Positions 31,337 through 42,951 of a stretch of DNA of 64,000 nt are shown piece by piece. Position numbers and translations under genes: made by a program. Location: NCBI GenBank assembly GCA_963758525.1, contig CAVWVQ010000003.1, forward strand, positions 3,168,001 through 3,232,000, in the 5' to 3' direction. This stretch comes from an uncultured Phycisphaerales bacterium (GTDB lineage Bacteria; Planctomycetota; Phycisphaerae; Tepidisphaerales; Tepidisphaeraceae). Numbering within the stretch: the stretch's first letter is position 1; each line of letters begins with the position of its first letter. The notes under the pieces are model-generated. The model was not told where the DNA came from. It did no database searches and saw only the letters and a program-made list of their open reading frames with translations.

Positions 31337-31669
31337 CTGCGCCTTTGTTTCTCCCCGGTAGCTGGTTTTTCAGGCCAGGCCCTAGAATCACGTTGGCGCG
31401 GTCGGTGAGTCACCTATAGGGGAATTCCGGAGAGCCGTAAAGCAGGAATTGAAGATATTGTTAAGAAAATCGAGATTTTCTTGCCACGACACCAAGAAAT
31501 GCCCAAATGTGCGGCAGCTTGACCTCGATACCCCTTGCGGCTGCTTAATCTCTGGGCGGATTCGGGTGACGGCCCGCCGCGCAACAAGCCATTGGCGAAT
31601 GCGTACCAAATCTGTCTAATGGCAAAAGCTCAGATACGATGAACTTCAACTCCGAAGGCGGCAGGAAAT

Positions 31670-31915
31670 ATGAAGTGGGTTCTTTGCTTGTTGATCGCGT
31701 TGTTGGTGGTTCTCCACCAGGATTTCTGGAACTGGACGCGGGCCGCGCCGCTGGCGTTTGGCTTTCTGCCGCTGGGATTGACGTATCACGTGGTCTACGC
31801 CCTGGCGTGCGCGGGGTTGATGGGGCTGCTCGTACGCTTCGCCTGGCCCAAGGAGCTCGAATCAGCCTCGCCACAGACGCCCGAAGCGCAACGCGCGGAG
31901 GGAGGCCATGAGTAG
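31670..31915 (+). CDS. DUF3311-like small membrane subunit of the symporter
   Basis: LHQDFWNW..FGFLPLGLTYH..AWP. Overlaps the symporter start. Confidence 0.8.
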   Translation: MKWVLCLLIALLVVLHQDFWNWTRAAPLAFGFLPLGLTYHVVYALACAGLMGLLVRFAWPKELESASPQTPEAQRAEGGHE

Positions 31916-33815
31916 TCCCTGGATTCCCGCATTGGTCATCTTCTTCTATCTCGCAGTAGTCCTTTACATCGGGATCTTCGCGTTCCGAAAGGGACGCTCC
32001 ACCGGGGAAGATTTCTTCCTCGCCAGCCGATCGATCGGCTCGATCGTTTTTTTCCTTTCCCTTTTCGCCACCAATATGACCGCCTTTGCCATCCTCGGCT
32101 CGTCCGGGGCGGCGTATCGCCAGGGCATCGGCATCTTCGGAATGATGGCGACCAGCTCCTGTCTGGTTATCCCGCTGACGCTCTTCTTCATCGGCACCAG
32201 GCTCTGGGCCGTCGGCAAACGCTTCGGCCATATGACGCAGGTCGCCTTCTTCCGCGATCGATTCGAATGCTCCTCCATCGGCACGCTGATTTTCCTGCTC
32301 ACCGCTGCCATGCTGCTGCCTTACCTCATCATCAGCATCGACGGCGGCGGAACGATCCTCCAGGCGCTGACCGAAGGGAAAATCTCCTATCCCGCCGGCG
32401 GCGCCATCGTTGCGCTGGTGGTGATGATTACCGTCTTCTTTGGCGGCATGCGCGGAGCCGTCTGGGTCAACGTTTTACAGACGCTCCTGTTTCTCAGCTT
32501 CGGCGCGATCGCATTCGTCGCGATTTCGCACAATCTGCCGCATGGCGGTCTGTCCGGAACCGTTCAATCGTTGCTGACTGAGCCGCCCCATCCCGCGTCG
32601 CAGCCGGCCTCGGCTGCGCTCTCGCGGGCATTGCCGTCGGTTCCACAGACGGGGGCGCCGCAAGCGGTCTCTCCCGTCGCCGCCGCGATGGCCCGGCCCG
32701 CCACGCTGCTCACCCGCGAGCGCATTCCCTGGCAGGTCTTTCTCAGCTTTATGCTGATCCCGCTCTCGTCAATCATGTTCCCGCACATGTCCATCATGTG
32801 TTTCACCGCCAAAAAAGTGACGGCTTTCCGCCAGACGGTCGTGCTCTATCCCCTCTGCATCATGTTGATCTGGCTCCCGTGCGTCTTCCTGGGAGCGCTG
32901 GCGTTCAGCGAGCCGACCGTCACGCGCGACATGGCCGGTGAATCCGAAGAGCTCACCACCTGGCTGGAGAACCATGGCAAGCCGCAATCGGGCGCAATGG
33001 TCACCACCGCGCTCACTGCTGCGCTGAGTCACTCCAAAGATCCGTCGGCTTTTGAACTCCTCCACAACGTGCAGGCCCATGGCCTCGAAATTGAAACTGT
33101 CGGTGACAAGACGCTCAAGGGGGGCAAAGCTTTCATCTCGCTCCTCGCCCGCGTGAAAGATCCCGCTCTCAAGCCGTTCATCTACCGCATCGCCGGCACC
33201 AACGATTCGAGCGTGCTGCTCAAGCTGTTGAAGACCAACGTCACACCCTGGCTCGCCGGTCTTCTCGCGGCAGGGATCATTTCCGCCGTTATGGGCTCCG
33301 ACTGCCATCAGATCCTGGCGCTGAGCACGATGTTCACCAAAGACGTTTTCGACTACTACGGCAAGGGGAGCCGAATCACCGAGTCCACCAATGTGCTGGC
33401 GGGCCGCATTTTCATCGTCGTGCTCAACTCCGTCGCCTACCTGATCGCACTGGGCAAGCCGCAGATTTTCGAGCTGGCAACGCAATACGCCTTCGCCGGT
33501 TTCGCGGCGCTCTCCCCGATCATGATCGGCGCCCTCTTCTGGCGGCGCGCCACCAAGTATGGCGTGCTCGCGTCGACGCTGTGGGTGATTGCGTGGATTC
33601 TCCTTCAGGTCGCCATCGGCCTTCAGCACCGATCGCCCGGTCCGATCGTCGGCAGCCTGCTTGCCATCAGTCCCGCGGGCACGATCAGCTTCTACGGCTA
33701 CACGCTGGTCGTTCCGATGACCATCGGATCGGCCATTCTCATGTATGTGGTATCGCTCATGACGCCAACGCCGTCGAATGCCACGATCCAGCGATATTTT
33801 CCGAAAACTGCGTGA
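31908..33815 (+). CDS. Sodium:solute symporter family protein
   Basis: EDFFLASRSIG, FFGGMRG, AGIISAVM and WRRATKYG motifs, about 13 TM segments. Confidence 0.92.
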   Translation: MSSPWIPALVIFFYLAVVLYIGIFAFRKGRSTGEDFFLASRSIGSIVFFLSLFATNMTAFAILGSSGAAYRQGIGIFGMMATSSCLVIPLTLFFIGTRLWAVGKRFGHMTQVAFFRDRFECSSIGTLIFLLTAAMLLPYLIISIDGGGTILQALTEGKISYPAGGAIVALVVMITVFFGGMRGAVWVNVLQTLLFLSFGAIAFVAISHNLPHGGLSGTVQSLLTEPPHPASQPASAALSRALPSVPQTGAPQAVSPVAAAMARPATLLTRERIPWQVFLSFMLIPLSSIMFPHMSIMCFTAKKVTAFRQTVVLYPLCIMLIWLPCVFLGALAFSEPTVTRDMAGESEELTTWLENHGKPQSGAMVTTALTAALSHSKDPSAFELLHNVQAHGLEIETVGDKTLKGGKAFISLLARVKDPALKPFIYRIAGTNDSSVLLKLLKTNVTPWLAGLLAAGIISAVMGSDCHQILALSTMFTKDVFDYYGKGSRITESTNVLAGRIFIVVLNSVAYLIALGKPQIFELATQYAFAGFAALSPIMIGALFWRRATKYGVLASTLWVIAWILLQVAIGLQHRSPGPIVGSLLAISPAGTISFYGYTLVVPMTIGSAILMYVVSLMTPTPSNATIQRYFPKTA

Positions 33816-33920
33816 GACAGCTAACAGGTTCTACAAGTTGGCCTGATTCGGGCCTCGCTTTGCTCACTGACCCCTGACCCCTTCCCCGCCTAGAATCGAC
33901 CCAATGACGCGGAGCGCCTC

Positions 33921-35233
33921 GTGAAAATCGGTATCCTCGCCGCCGGCGCTGGTGGGATGTACTGCGGCAGTTGCATGCGCGACAACGATCTGGCCATGGC
34001 GCTCAAGCGCCTGGGTCATGATGTCACGCTCTTGCCGATGTACACGCCTTTGCGCACGGAGGAGCCCAACGAACCCCAGTCGCAGGTGTTTTACGGCGGG
34101 ATCAACGTCTATCTCCAATATGTCAGCGCGATCTTCCGCCATACACCGCGCGTGTTCGACTGGATATTGGATCGCCCCCGGCTGCTGGGCATCGCCGGCA
34201 ACCTGGGCGCGCAGACACGGCCCGACAAGCTGGCGGACTTTGCCCTGGACATTCTTCGCGCTGAAGAAGGCCACGCTCATAAGGAACTGCGGCGGCTCCT
34301 GAACTTTCTCAAGGAGCACGTCCGGCCCCAGGTGATCAGTCTGCCCAATCTGATGTTCATCGGCCTGGCTCGACTGCTGCGCGAGGAGCTGCAGGTGCCG
34401 GTGGTATGCGAGCTGACCGGCGAAGATATCTTCCTCGACGCGATGCGCTCCGACGATCGCAAACAGATGCGGACGTTGATCCGCCAGCGCACCGCGGACG
34501 TCAGCAGATTTGTCGCGACAAGCAACTACTACGCCGCCCGAATGGCGAAATATCTCGCCATCAGCCTCGATCGAATCGACGTCGTCTACACCGGCGTCGC
34601 CAGGGAATATCTCGGCCCGCTGCCAAAAGAGGCCGCCGCGCTGGGACGACCGCCGACGATCGGCTACCTGGCGCGCATCTGCCCCGAAAAGGGGTTCGAT
34701 CAGGTGCTGGAGGCGATGGCGGAACTCGTGGAGTTGCCGGGGATGCGCGAAACTCAGTTGAAAATCGCCGGCTACCTCGGCGGCCGCGACGCCAAGTGGG
34801 CAAAGGCGCTGCTGCAGAAGCTGGCAAAGTCGCATCTCCGCAATAACGTGATATTTCTCGGCGAGGTTGATCGCGACGAGAAGCTTGCCATGCTCAATTC
34901 GATCGACGTGTTCACCGTGCCGACGCGATATCCCGAAGCCAAGGGCGTTTATGTGCTCGAGGCCTTGCGCGCGGCGTGCCCGTCGTGCAGCCCGACCACG
35001 GCGCGTTTCCCGAGATGGTCAGCCGCACCGGCGCCGGCGTGCTCGTCCCGCCCGGGGATGCGACGGCCCTGGCCCACAAGCTTGCCGAGCTGCTCGGCGA
35101 CGCCCCGCGAAGAAAGCTGATGGGGCAGCGCGGCCGAGCCGCGGTCGCGGCGAATTTTACCGACGAACAGATGGCGCGCGGTATGCTAAAGGTATTCGAG
35201 TCGGTGACGCAGTCTTCCCTGGTGAGCTCATGA
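33921..35233 (+). CDS. GT4 family glycosyltransferase (apparent frameshift near 34970)
   Basis: ARICPEKG and YPEAKGVYVLEAL, continuing as VPVVQPDHGAFPE in ORF 34976-35233. Confidence 0.88.
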
Positions 35234-35931
35234 CGACCACCAATGGCTTCGGTTCTCTGTCAGTCCTGAGCGTCCAGCAGCTCAGCAAAGAGTATCCCAC
35301 GCCCACCGAGCCGCTGGTCGTGCTTCGCGGAGTCAGCTTCGAATTAAGCGCGGGCCAGACGCTCGCGATCGTCGGACCCAGCGGTTCGGGGAAAAGCACG
35401 CTGCTGAATATTCTCGGCACCATCGACCGGCCCACCAGCGGCCAGGTCACATTGGACGGGCTCGATGCGTTTGCACTCTCCGCTAAAAAGCTCGCCCATT
35501 TCCGGGCAACCCGCATCGGCTTTGTCTTCCAGGATCATCACCTGCTTCCCCAACTCTCGGCAACCGAAAACGTTCTGATCGCCCGCCTGGCGCTGGGACG
35601 CGTGCGCGATGAAGATACCGTTCGAGCGGCGGAGCTGCTGAAGAACGTGGGCCTGGAAGGGCGCGCAACGCATCTGCCCGGCGAGCTGTCTGGGGGCGAA
35701 CGACAGCGCGTCGCCATCGCCCGAGCCCTCATGAATCGGCCCCGACTGATTCTCGCGGATGAGCCGACCGGCAATCTCGATGCCGCCTCGGCCGCTTCAG
35801 TGGCAGACCTTCTGCTCGCCGTCGCCGGAAATGACGCGATGGTCATCGGCGTCACCCACAGCGAAACATTCGCCCGGCGTTTCGCCCGGCGCATGCGGAT
35901 GAACGACGGCGTGCTGCGAAGCGAGGAGTAA
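35230..35931 (+). CDS. ABC transporter ATPase (LolD/MacB type)
   Basis: GPSGSGKS, LSGGE, ILADEPTGNLD and VTH motifs. ATGA overlap with the GT4 stop. Confidence 0.95.
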   Translation: MTTTNGFGSLSVLSVQQLSKEYPTPTEPLVVLRGVSFELSAGQTLAIVGPSGSGKSTLLNILGTIDRPTSGQVTLDGLDAFALSAKKLAHFRATRIGFVFQDHHLLPQLSATENVLIARLALGRVRDEDTVRAAELLKNVGLEGRATHLPGELSGGERQRVAIARALMNRPRLILADEPTGNLDAASAASVADLLLAVAGNDAMVIGVTHSETFARRFARRMRMNDGVLRSEE

Positions 35932-35935
35932 AACG

Positions 35936-38900
35936 TTGAATCGCTTCCGACTGCTCCTCCGCAATCTCCTTCATTTTCGCGGCGTGAATCTTGCCGTGAT
36001 TGTCGGAATGGCCGTCGCCACTGCCGTGCTCAGCGGAGCGATGATGGTCGGCGACAGCGTGCGCCAGAGCCTGCGCGAGCTTTCGCTGCAGCGACTGGGC
36101 AATATCGATTACGCCATTATCGCAACCCGGTTCTTCGACGATTCCCTCGCCAATCGCATTTCCGCGGCGGCGCCGGATTTCGAGCTTGCGCCAACCGCGA
36201 TCGTCGTAGGCGCGGCGTCCGACGAATCGAGCGGCGCGCGCACCGCCGACGTGCAGATTGCCGCTGGGGCATGGATCGACGTCGATCGAAACCGCTGTGT
36301 CATCAACGGGGAACTCGCCGATTCGCTTGGAGTCAAATCGCCTGGCGAATCGATCGTGCTGTCGGTGCCGACCGACAGCGATGCCCCGCGCGACGCGGCG
36401 CTCGATCGCCGATCGCGCGGCGACACGATCTCCGGGCTGCGCGTCCAAGTCAGCCAAATCGTTCGCGAGTCGGGCGTCGTTTCGCTGTTCAATCCCAACG
36501 GCGGTCAGCGTGCGACGCGCAACGCCTGGGTGAACCTCGCCGATCTGCAGGAGGCGATCGACCAGCCGGGCCGGGTGAATGCGCTGCTCGCCCACGCGCA
36601 CTCCGGCAATGCGGATGCCGCGGGCGCCAAGACATTGAATGACGCGCTGGCCGGGTGCGTCATGCTCGAAGATTATGGATTGACCCGAACCGACGTGTCC
36701 CGCGAGACAGGGGGCGATTCTGCCGCGAAAGATCCACCTGAAGAGCCGAAGACTACAACCCCGGTTTCGCCCCCTGCGCAGGTCGCCATCGGGTCGCGTT
36801 CGACATACATCGCGCCGCCGATCGTCGACGCGGCCGAGGCGGTGGCGAATGAGCTGTCGGTGCCGTTGCAGAAAATTGCGGTCAATCTTCTGACTTCAGC
36901 GAAAGCCGACTCGACGGGGCGAGTGATTCACTACGCGGTTATCGCAGGCGTGAGCGAGCTTGATGGGCAACCTCTCGATACAAACGCCATGGCCGTCAAT
37001 CAATGGACCGCCGACCGGCTCGGCGTCAAAATTGGTGATGCCGTCACGATCGACTTTTACGAGCGCGGGCCCAACGGCGAGCTCCGCGACGCCAGCGCCG
37101 CGCATCCGTTGTCTGCCCTCTCGTTTAAGGTGACGCGCATCCTGCCGATGAACGGCGTCGGCGCGGATCCGACGCTTCCACCGGACTATAAGGGGCTGAC
37201 CGACGCGGACAGCGTGGCGGATTGGGATCCGCCTGAGGGGCTGAAGATCGACAAGTCGCTCGTGACCAAGGATGACGAAGCCTATTGGCACGCCTACCGC
37301 GCCGCTCCGAAAATCTTTGTCAGCTTCGAAACCGCGCAGAAGCTGTGGGGCGGCGTCTACGGAGGAGTCACCGGCCTGCGCGTTCCCGCGCACAAAGCCG
37401 ATGCATTTTGCGACGCCCTGCGAAAGAAAATCCCGCCCGCCTCCATGCAGTTGAGCTTTCGCGCGATCAAAGCCGAGCAGCTCGCCGCCGCCGGCGGCGG
37501 AACCGACTTTGGAGAATACTTTCTCTACTTCAGCTTCTTCCTCATCGTCGCCGCCGTCCTGCTCGTGGCGATGCTCTTTCGGCTTGGCGTCGAGCAGCGG
37601 GCCAGGCAATTGGGATTGATGTCTGCCGTCGGCTTTGCGCCCGGCGCGATTCGCCGGCTCGCGCTCGGCGAGGGACTGATTCTCGCCATCATCGGCGGCG
37701 CGATCGGTTCCCTGGCCGCCGTCGGCTACACCTGGTTGATCATGGCCGGCCTGCGGACGTGGTGGTTCGGCGCGGTGGGAACCACCGCGCTGAAACTATA
37801 TGTGAAGCCTGGTACGCTCAGTATTGGCTATGTGTCGAGCATTTTCGTAGCGATGCTGGCAATAGGGTGGGGCGCCCGGCGCATCGGACCAGCGCCGGTC
37901 GCCCGCCTGCTGGCAGGGAACTGGGAGAATGAAACCGGCCGGCCGCGCCGCACCGGACGCCTGTTGCGCATTGTGGGAATCGTTCTCGTTGTCTGCGGCC
38001 TCGCGTCGCTGAGCGCGGCCGCTGTCGAGCGCAGGTCGGCTGACGAGGCGTTCCTCGCTGGCGGAAGTCTTCCGCTCTGCGGATGCCTCACCTGGCTCGC
38101 CGGCGCCCTTCGCCCGCGAACTGCGCGCCCGTGGTCCCGCCGCGCCGGGACTGGCGGCGCAGAGCCCGGGAAATCGTTCTTTGGCAAATATCCGCGCAAC
38201 CTGCACGGGCTCGCACCTCGTGCCTCCGTGAACTCTCTGCTGTCCCTGGGCATTCGCAATGCCACCCGCCACACCGCGCCAGCGTGCTTGCCATCGGGTT
38301 GATCGCCTTCGCTGTTTTTACATTGATTGTTGTCGCCGTGATGCGGCAAGGCTCTGCGCCGCCCGGCGACGACAAAAAAGCCGGCACCGGCGGATATCGC
38401 CTGGTTCTCAAAGCCGCGATTCCCATTTTCGGCGATCTCAACACCGTGGAGGGACGCAAGCTTGCAGGAATTCGCAATCCGACGGATCCGCTCTGGAGCC
38501 GCGCGCAGTTCACGCCAATGCGGCGATGGGCCGGCCAGGACATCAGTTGCCTGAATCTCATGCGGCCGACCGCTCCGACGATCCTTTCAGTTCCTTCCTC
38601 GATGGTTCAGCGCAACGCCTTCACGTTCGCCGGCAAGATGATTCCGGCCGACAATCAGTGGGCGCAGCTCGACGCCGACCAAAACGGGACAGTCCCGGTA
38701 ATCGCCGATGACGACACCGCCCAGTACATCCTCAAGATTCCCGTCGGCGGCCAACTGACAATTACCGATCAACTCGGCCGATCACAGCAGCTCCTCCTGA
38801 TTGCGACGATTTCGCACAGCATCTTCCAAAGTGAGCTGCTGATGGGGGAAGCGAACTTTCGCCGGCTCTTCCCCGCCGTCGGCGGCGCGGGACTGATGCT

Positions 38901-39405
38901 GATCGATTGCAAGCCGGAGGATGCGTCGGAGCTTCGGCAACGGCTCGGCGCCGAGCTGGACGAGTATTCCGTGAGCGTCGACACAACGACCGACCGCCTG
39001 GCGGCGTACGAAGCGGTGGCAAACACGTACCTGGCGACGTTTCAAACGCTCGGCTCGCTTGGCCTGCTGCTGGGAACGGTCGGCCTCGCGGTGGTGCTCG
39101 TCCGCACGATCCTGGAGCGCAAGCCGGAGCTGACGCTGCTGGCCTGTCTGGGATTCGATCCGTGGAAACGCGTCTGGCTCGTGCTGGGTGAAAATGCTTT
39201 CTTGCTGCTGCTGGGATTAATGGTCGGAACCGCCTGCGCGCTGATTGGTGTGCTGCCGGCAATGGTGCATTCCGGGCGATCGATGAATTTGTCCGGCTTG
39301 GGAATGACGCTGCTGGCGGTGGTGCTGATCGGCCTGCTTTCATCGTCAATCGCGGTGGCCTTGAGCGGCGTGCATGTTTCGCCAGCAGATTTGCGACGGG
39401 AGTGA
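35936..39405 (+). CDS. Large two-repeat FtsX/MacB-type ABC permease (apparent frameshift near 38275)
   Basis: ORFs 35936-38302 and 38083-39405. Two FtsX TM blocks (EQRARQLGLMSAVGF and LERKPELTLLACLGF). Confidence 0.88.
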
Positions 39406-39479
39406 AGTGGGGTGCCGCGCATCTCCGATCGGGACGCCGCCAAGGGTTCGCATGTGCATCCGGAACTGCTTTCCTGCCT

Positions 39480-39591
39480 CCTCCCCTCGTACCCGGGGGG
39501 AGGAACGAGGTGGGGGGGAGAATCGTCAGCTTGCCGTGGCCCGCCCGACGGACGAGCCCCCACCCGGACCCCGGAGTACCAAGGGAGGGAG
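39480..39591. repeat. Degenerate GC-rich palindromic element
   Basis: CCTCCCCTCGTACCCGGGGGGAGG..CCCCGGAGTACCAAGGGAGGGAG inverted arrangement. Confidence 0.55.
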
Positions 39592-39791
39592 AAAGAGTTG
39601 CGGCACCCAGCCTGCTATCTGAGAAAGCACGCTGGAAGCGTGCACCACAAGTTGCGATCGAAGCTGAATGCAATCGCGCTGTCACATGCGATTGGGCTCG
39701 GAATGAAAGTCTGTTCGGTTTTGCTATCGGTTTTCCCTCCGCGCGTTTCCGCCCGCGCGCACCTACAATGATCAGTTCTTCAGGAGGCTCC

Positions 39792-41045
39792 ATGTCAATG
39801 CGCAAATCACTGCTGCTCGTCGCTCTCTGTGCTGCCGCCGGCATCGTCCGTGCCGATGAATGGCCCAAATGGCGCGGGCCGAACGGCGACAATATCAGCC
39901 ATGAAACCGGGCTTCTCGACAAATGGCCGGCTGACGGTCCCAAGCAGCTCTGGTCCGTCAAAGTCGGACTTGGATTTTCCAGTCCGATCGGAGATGACGG
40001 CAAGGTGTACCTCCAGTCGCAGGACGGCAATCAGGACGGCTTGCAGGCCTTCGACGCAGCCACGGGCAAGCTGGTCTGGGCGGCAGGGTCGCCCGGGGGC
40101 TATCCGAAGGAAGATTTCCCCGGGTCGCGGGCCACGCCCAGCATCGACGGAAAATGCATCTACACCTACGGCGGCGGCGGAAACCTCATCTGCCGCGACC
40201 TCGAAACCGGCAAGGTGATTTGGGCCGACGACATTCTCCAGCTCACGCACACCAGCCTGCTGACGTGGGGCCAGGCATCCAGTCCGCTGGTCAGCGGCCA
40301 GTTTGTCTACGTGCAGTGCGGCATCGGCGGTCCGGTCGCTGTTGCGGTCGATAAGACTGCCGGGAAAATCGTCTGGCAATCGCAGATCAATGGAAAGGGC
40401 GGCTACGCCGCGCCCGTTCTGATGGACGTCGCCGGATCGAAGCAACTGGTCGTGTTCGGCGGAGATGCCCTGATCGGCATGGACCCGATGACCGGTAAGA
40501 CGCTCTGGTCAAACCCCTGGCAGACAAACTATGACGTGAACGCGGGAACGCCGATCGTGGATGGCGACAAAGTGTTCATCAGTAGCGGATACAACCACGG
40601 AGCGGCCCAGTTCCAGGTGACTCCCGGAGGTGTACGCCAGGTCTGGTTCGATCCGGAGGTGCAGGTCAAGTTTCCCGCCGCGGTGCTTGACGGCGGCTAT
40701 CTCTACTGCAACAGCGAAGACCATTCGGGCACGCTCCGCTGCCTTGATTGGAAAACCGGCGCGTTGAAATGGAAAGCCACCGGCGGTCGCGCCATGAAGC
40801 TTGGTTTCGGCGGAAACTTCGTTCGTAACGGCGACAAGCTTTACGCCATGAGCCAGAACGGGTTGCTCAGTCTGATGAAGGCCACGCCCAACGGCGTCGA
40901 AGCGATCAGCCAGGTACAGGTCTTTGACGCCGGTTTTTCCAAGGTTTGGTCGACGCCATTGATTTATCACGGCAGGTTGTATGTGAAAGGGCAGTCTGAT
41001 CTGGTCTGCCTGGACATCACCGACAAGTCGCAGGTGCCGCAATAA
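39792..41045 (+). CDS. Exported PQQ-like beta-propeller protein
   Basis: GGAGG SD, signal peptide, ADEWPKWRGP and propeller repeats. Confidence 0.9.
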   Translation: MSMRKSLLLVALCAAAGIVRADEWPKWRGPNGDNISHETGLLDKWPADGPKQLWSVKVGLGFSSPIGDDGKVYLQSQDGNQDGLQAFDAATGKLVWAAGSPGGYPKEDFPGSRATPSIDGKCIYTYGGGGNLICRDLETGKVIWADDILQLTHTSLLTWGQASSPLVSGQFVYVQCGIGGPVAVAVDKTAGKIVWQSQINGKGGYAAPVLMDVAGSKQLVVFGGDALIGMDPMTGKTLWSNPWQTNYDVNAGTPIVDGDKVFISSGYNHGAAQFQVTPGGVRQVWFDPEVQVKFPAAVLDGGYLYCNSEDHSGTLRCLDWKTGALKWKATGGRAMKLGFGGNFVRNGDKLYAMSQNGLLSLMKATPNGVEAISQVQVFDAGFSKVWSTPLIYHGRLYVKGQSDLVCLDITDKSQVPQ

Positions 41046-41063
41046 TGCGTGGGAGAGTCTCCC

Positions 41064-41119
41064 GTAGCACAGCCGTCCCGGCTGTGATTCCAGGGTCACA
41101 GCCGAGACGGCCGTGCTAC
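41064..41119. repeat. GTAG-REP inverted pair
   Basis: GTAGCACAGCCGTCCCGGCTGTG at 41064-41086 and CACAGCCGAGACGGCCGTGCTAC at 41097-41119. Confidence 0.85.
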
Positions 41120-41161
41120 ATCGTTGCGTCGCGCGTGGTTTGGAGATTGCGCAAGTTAATC

Positions 41162-42389
41162 GTGGGCGAGGATTCGGAATCACGGATTGCAGCCATTCGG
41201 TTGGCTCTGTTGTGCATTGTGATCTTGTGCGGGGCGGACGCCGTTCCGCGGACCGCTCCCACTTCGTCCGCTGCACCGCTGGAAATCTCCGCCTTTCACG
41301 GCGGCGGGGGCATGCTCGGCGTTGCCCCGCCGATCGGCCCGCCTCCGATGCGGGTTCGCTGGAGTTTCTCCACGCGCGACGATGAATCGGTGGTGGCTCT
41401 TGCCCCCGCGCCGACATCATCGCCGACAACCGCTCCGCATCGCGGCGGCCAGGCGGGAATCGAAGGCGCCCCGACCATCGATGGCCAGAGCGTCTACTTC
41501 GGCGACGGTGAAGGCGTTCTCCGCGCTGGACCTGACGACGGGAAAACAGCGATGGGCTTATCGCTCCGACGACGGCTTTGAAACCTCGCCGCTGGTGATG
41601 GGCGGAAGCGTTTATATCGGCAATCTCTCCGGCATTTTTCACGCGGTCTCGGCGGCCGACGGCAAGAAACTCTGGACCTTCGACGCCGAAAACACGATTC
41701 ATTCTTCAGCCAACGCCGTCGACGGCAACATCGTCTTTGGCACCGATGGCGCCGACATCTTTTGTCTTTCCTCGGATGGCAAGCAACGTTGGCGAGCCAA
41801 GGCCGGTGATCGCATCAACGGGGCGCCCGCCATCGCGAGCGGGGCGGTGTATGTCTCCGGATGCGACGCCCAACTCCGCGCCTTAAAACTAACGGACGGT
41901 CAGGAACTGTTCGCGACGGATATCGGGGCGCTCGCTCCGGGTTCCCCGGCGGTTCTGAACGATCGCATCGTCATCGGCACCGATCAGGGCCGCGTCGTCT
42001 GCATGCCGCGCGACGGCGGCAAGTCACTGTGGGAGTTTGACGGCATCGCCGACCACGCGATGGTTTATGGCTCGCCCGCAACAGCGGATGGACTTGCAGT
42101 TGTCGGCGCCCGAGATCGAAATGTCTACGCCCTCGACCTCCCGACTGGGGTGGTGAAATGGACCTTCGCTACGCGCGGCGACGTCGACGCGTCTCCCCTG
42201 ATCAGCTCCGGCCGCGTCTACATCGCCAGCCGCGACAAGCATCTGTATGTGCTGGATCTCAAAACCGGCCGCGAGTTGTGGAATTTCAATGCCGCGCGTC
42301 CGATGACCGCCAGCCCCGCCATCGGCGGGGGGGTGGTTGTTATCGCGGATACCGCCGGAACGGTGAGGTGCCTGGAGCCGGTGAAGTGA
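41162..42389 (+). CDS. Second PQQ-like (BamB-type) beta-propeller protein (apparent frameshift near 41520)
   Basis: ALDLTTGKQRW, ALDLPTGVVKW and VLDLKTGRELW repeats. N-terminus lies in ORF 41045-41581. Start uncertain. Confidence 0.85.
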
Positions 42390-42460
42390 AATATTTGAAC
42401 GAGATCGAAGTGCTCATCGAAGCATCGTCAACTCGCCGAATACTTCAGACTCGATGCAGG

Positions 42461-42490
42461 AAAAGAATCCTACGGAGCAGGCTCCGTAGG
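42461..42490 (-). terminator. Terminator hairpin between convergent operons
   Basis: CCTACGGAGC/GCTCCGTAGG followed by ATTCTTTT on the minus strand. Confidence 0.6.
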
Positions 42491-42526
42491 CGTTCGGGGT
42501 TCAGCACGTTGTCCCACGCACCCTCA

Positions 42527-42943
42527 TCAGCTTGCGGGCGAGAGTTTTTCGCGCATGAACTGGGGAATTCGGATCGATTTCACGCCGCCGGCGGGGAGGA
42601 CTTCACAGCAGACGCTGGTCGCGACGCCCAGCGCGACTTGCTTGCCTTGGTTGCGGAACTCCACTTCGTAGGTGAGTGACTTTTCGCCAAGCCGGGTGAT
42701 GCGGAATCGCAGTTCCAGTTCGTCTTCGAAACGCACGGGCCCGGAGTAGTCGCATTTGGCGGAGACTCTCGGCCAGCCGATGTGCTTATCGTCGTGCTGC
42801 ATCGATACGCTCAGGCCCAGCGAGCGGAAGAAGGCGTGTTCGACATCCTCCATCATGCGGAAAAAATTGGAGAAATGCACAATGCCGGCCATGTCGGTTT
42901 CGGCGAAGGCGATTCTTCGGAGGATGGAGAAGGTGTCAGGCAT
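42527..42943 (-). CDS. Hotdog-fold acyl-CoA thioesterase (4HBT/YbgC family)
   Basis: RRIAFAETDMAGIVHFSNFFRMME and PVRFEDEL motifs. Confidence 0.92.
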   Translation of the reverse strand: MPDTFSILRRIAFAETDMAGIVHFSNFFRMMEDVEHAFFRSLGLSVSMQHDDKHIGWPRVSAKCDYSGPVRFEDELELRFRITRLGEKSLTYEVEFRNQGKQVALGVATSVCCEVLPAGGVKSIRIPQFMREKLSPAS

Positions 42944-42951
42944 TGGGGGAG

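Noticed and set aside
39402..39791. Long N-terminal extensions in the ORF track (this propeller; also pgk, pnp, the ABC ATPase, DUF6600 and HEAT genes)
   Set aside because: They read through intergenic repeats or upstream genes, and better starts lie downstream, most with an SD.
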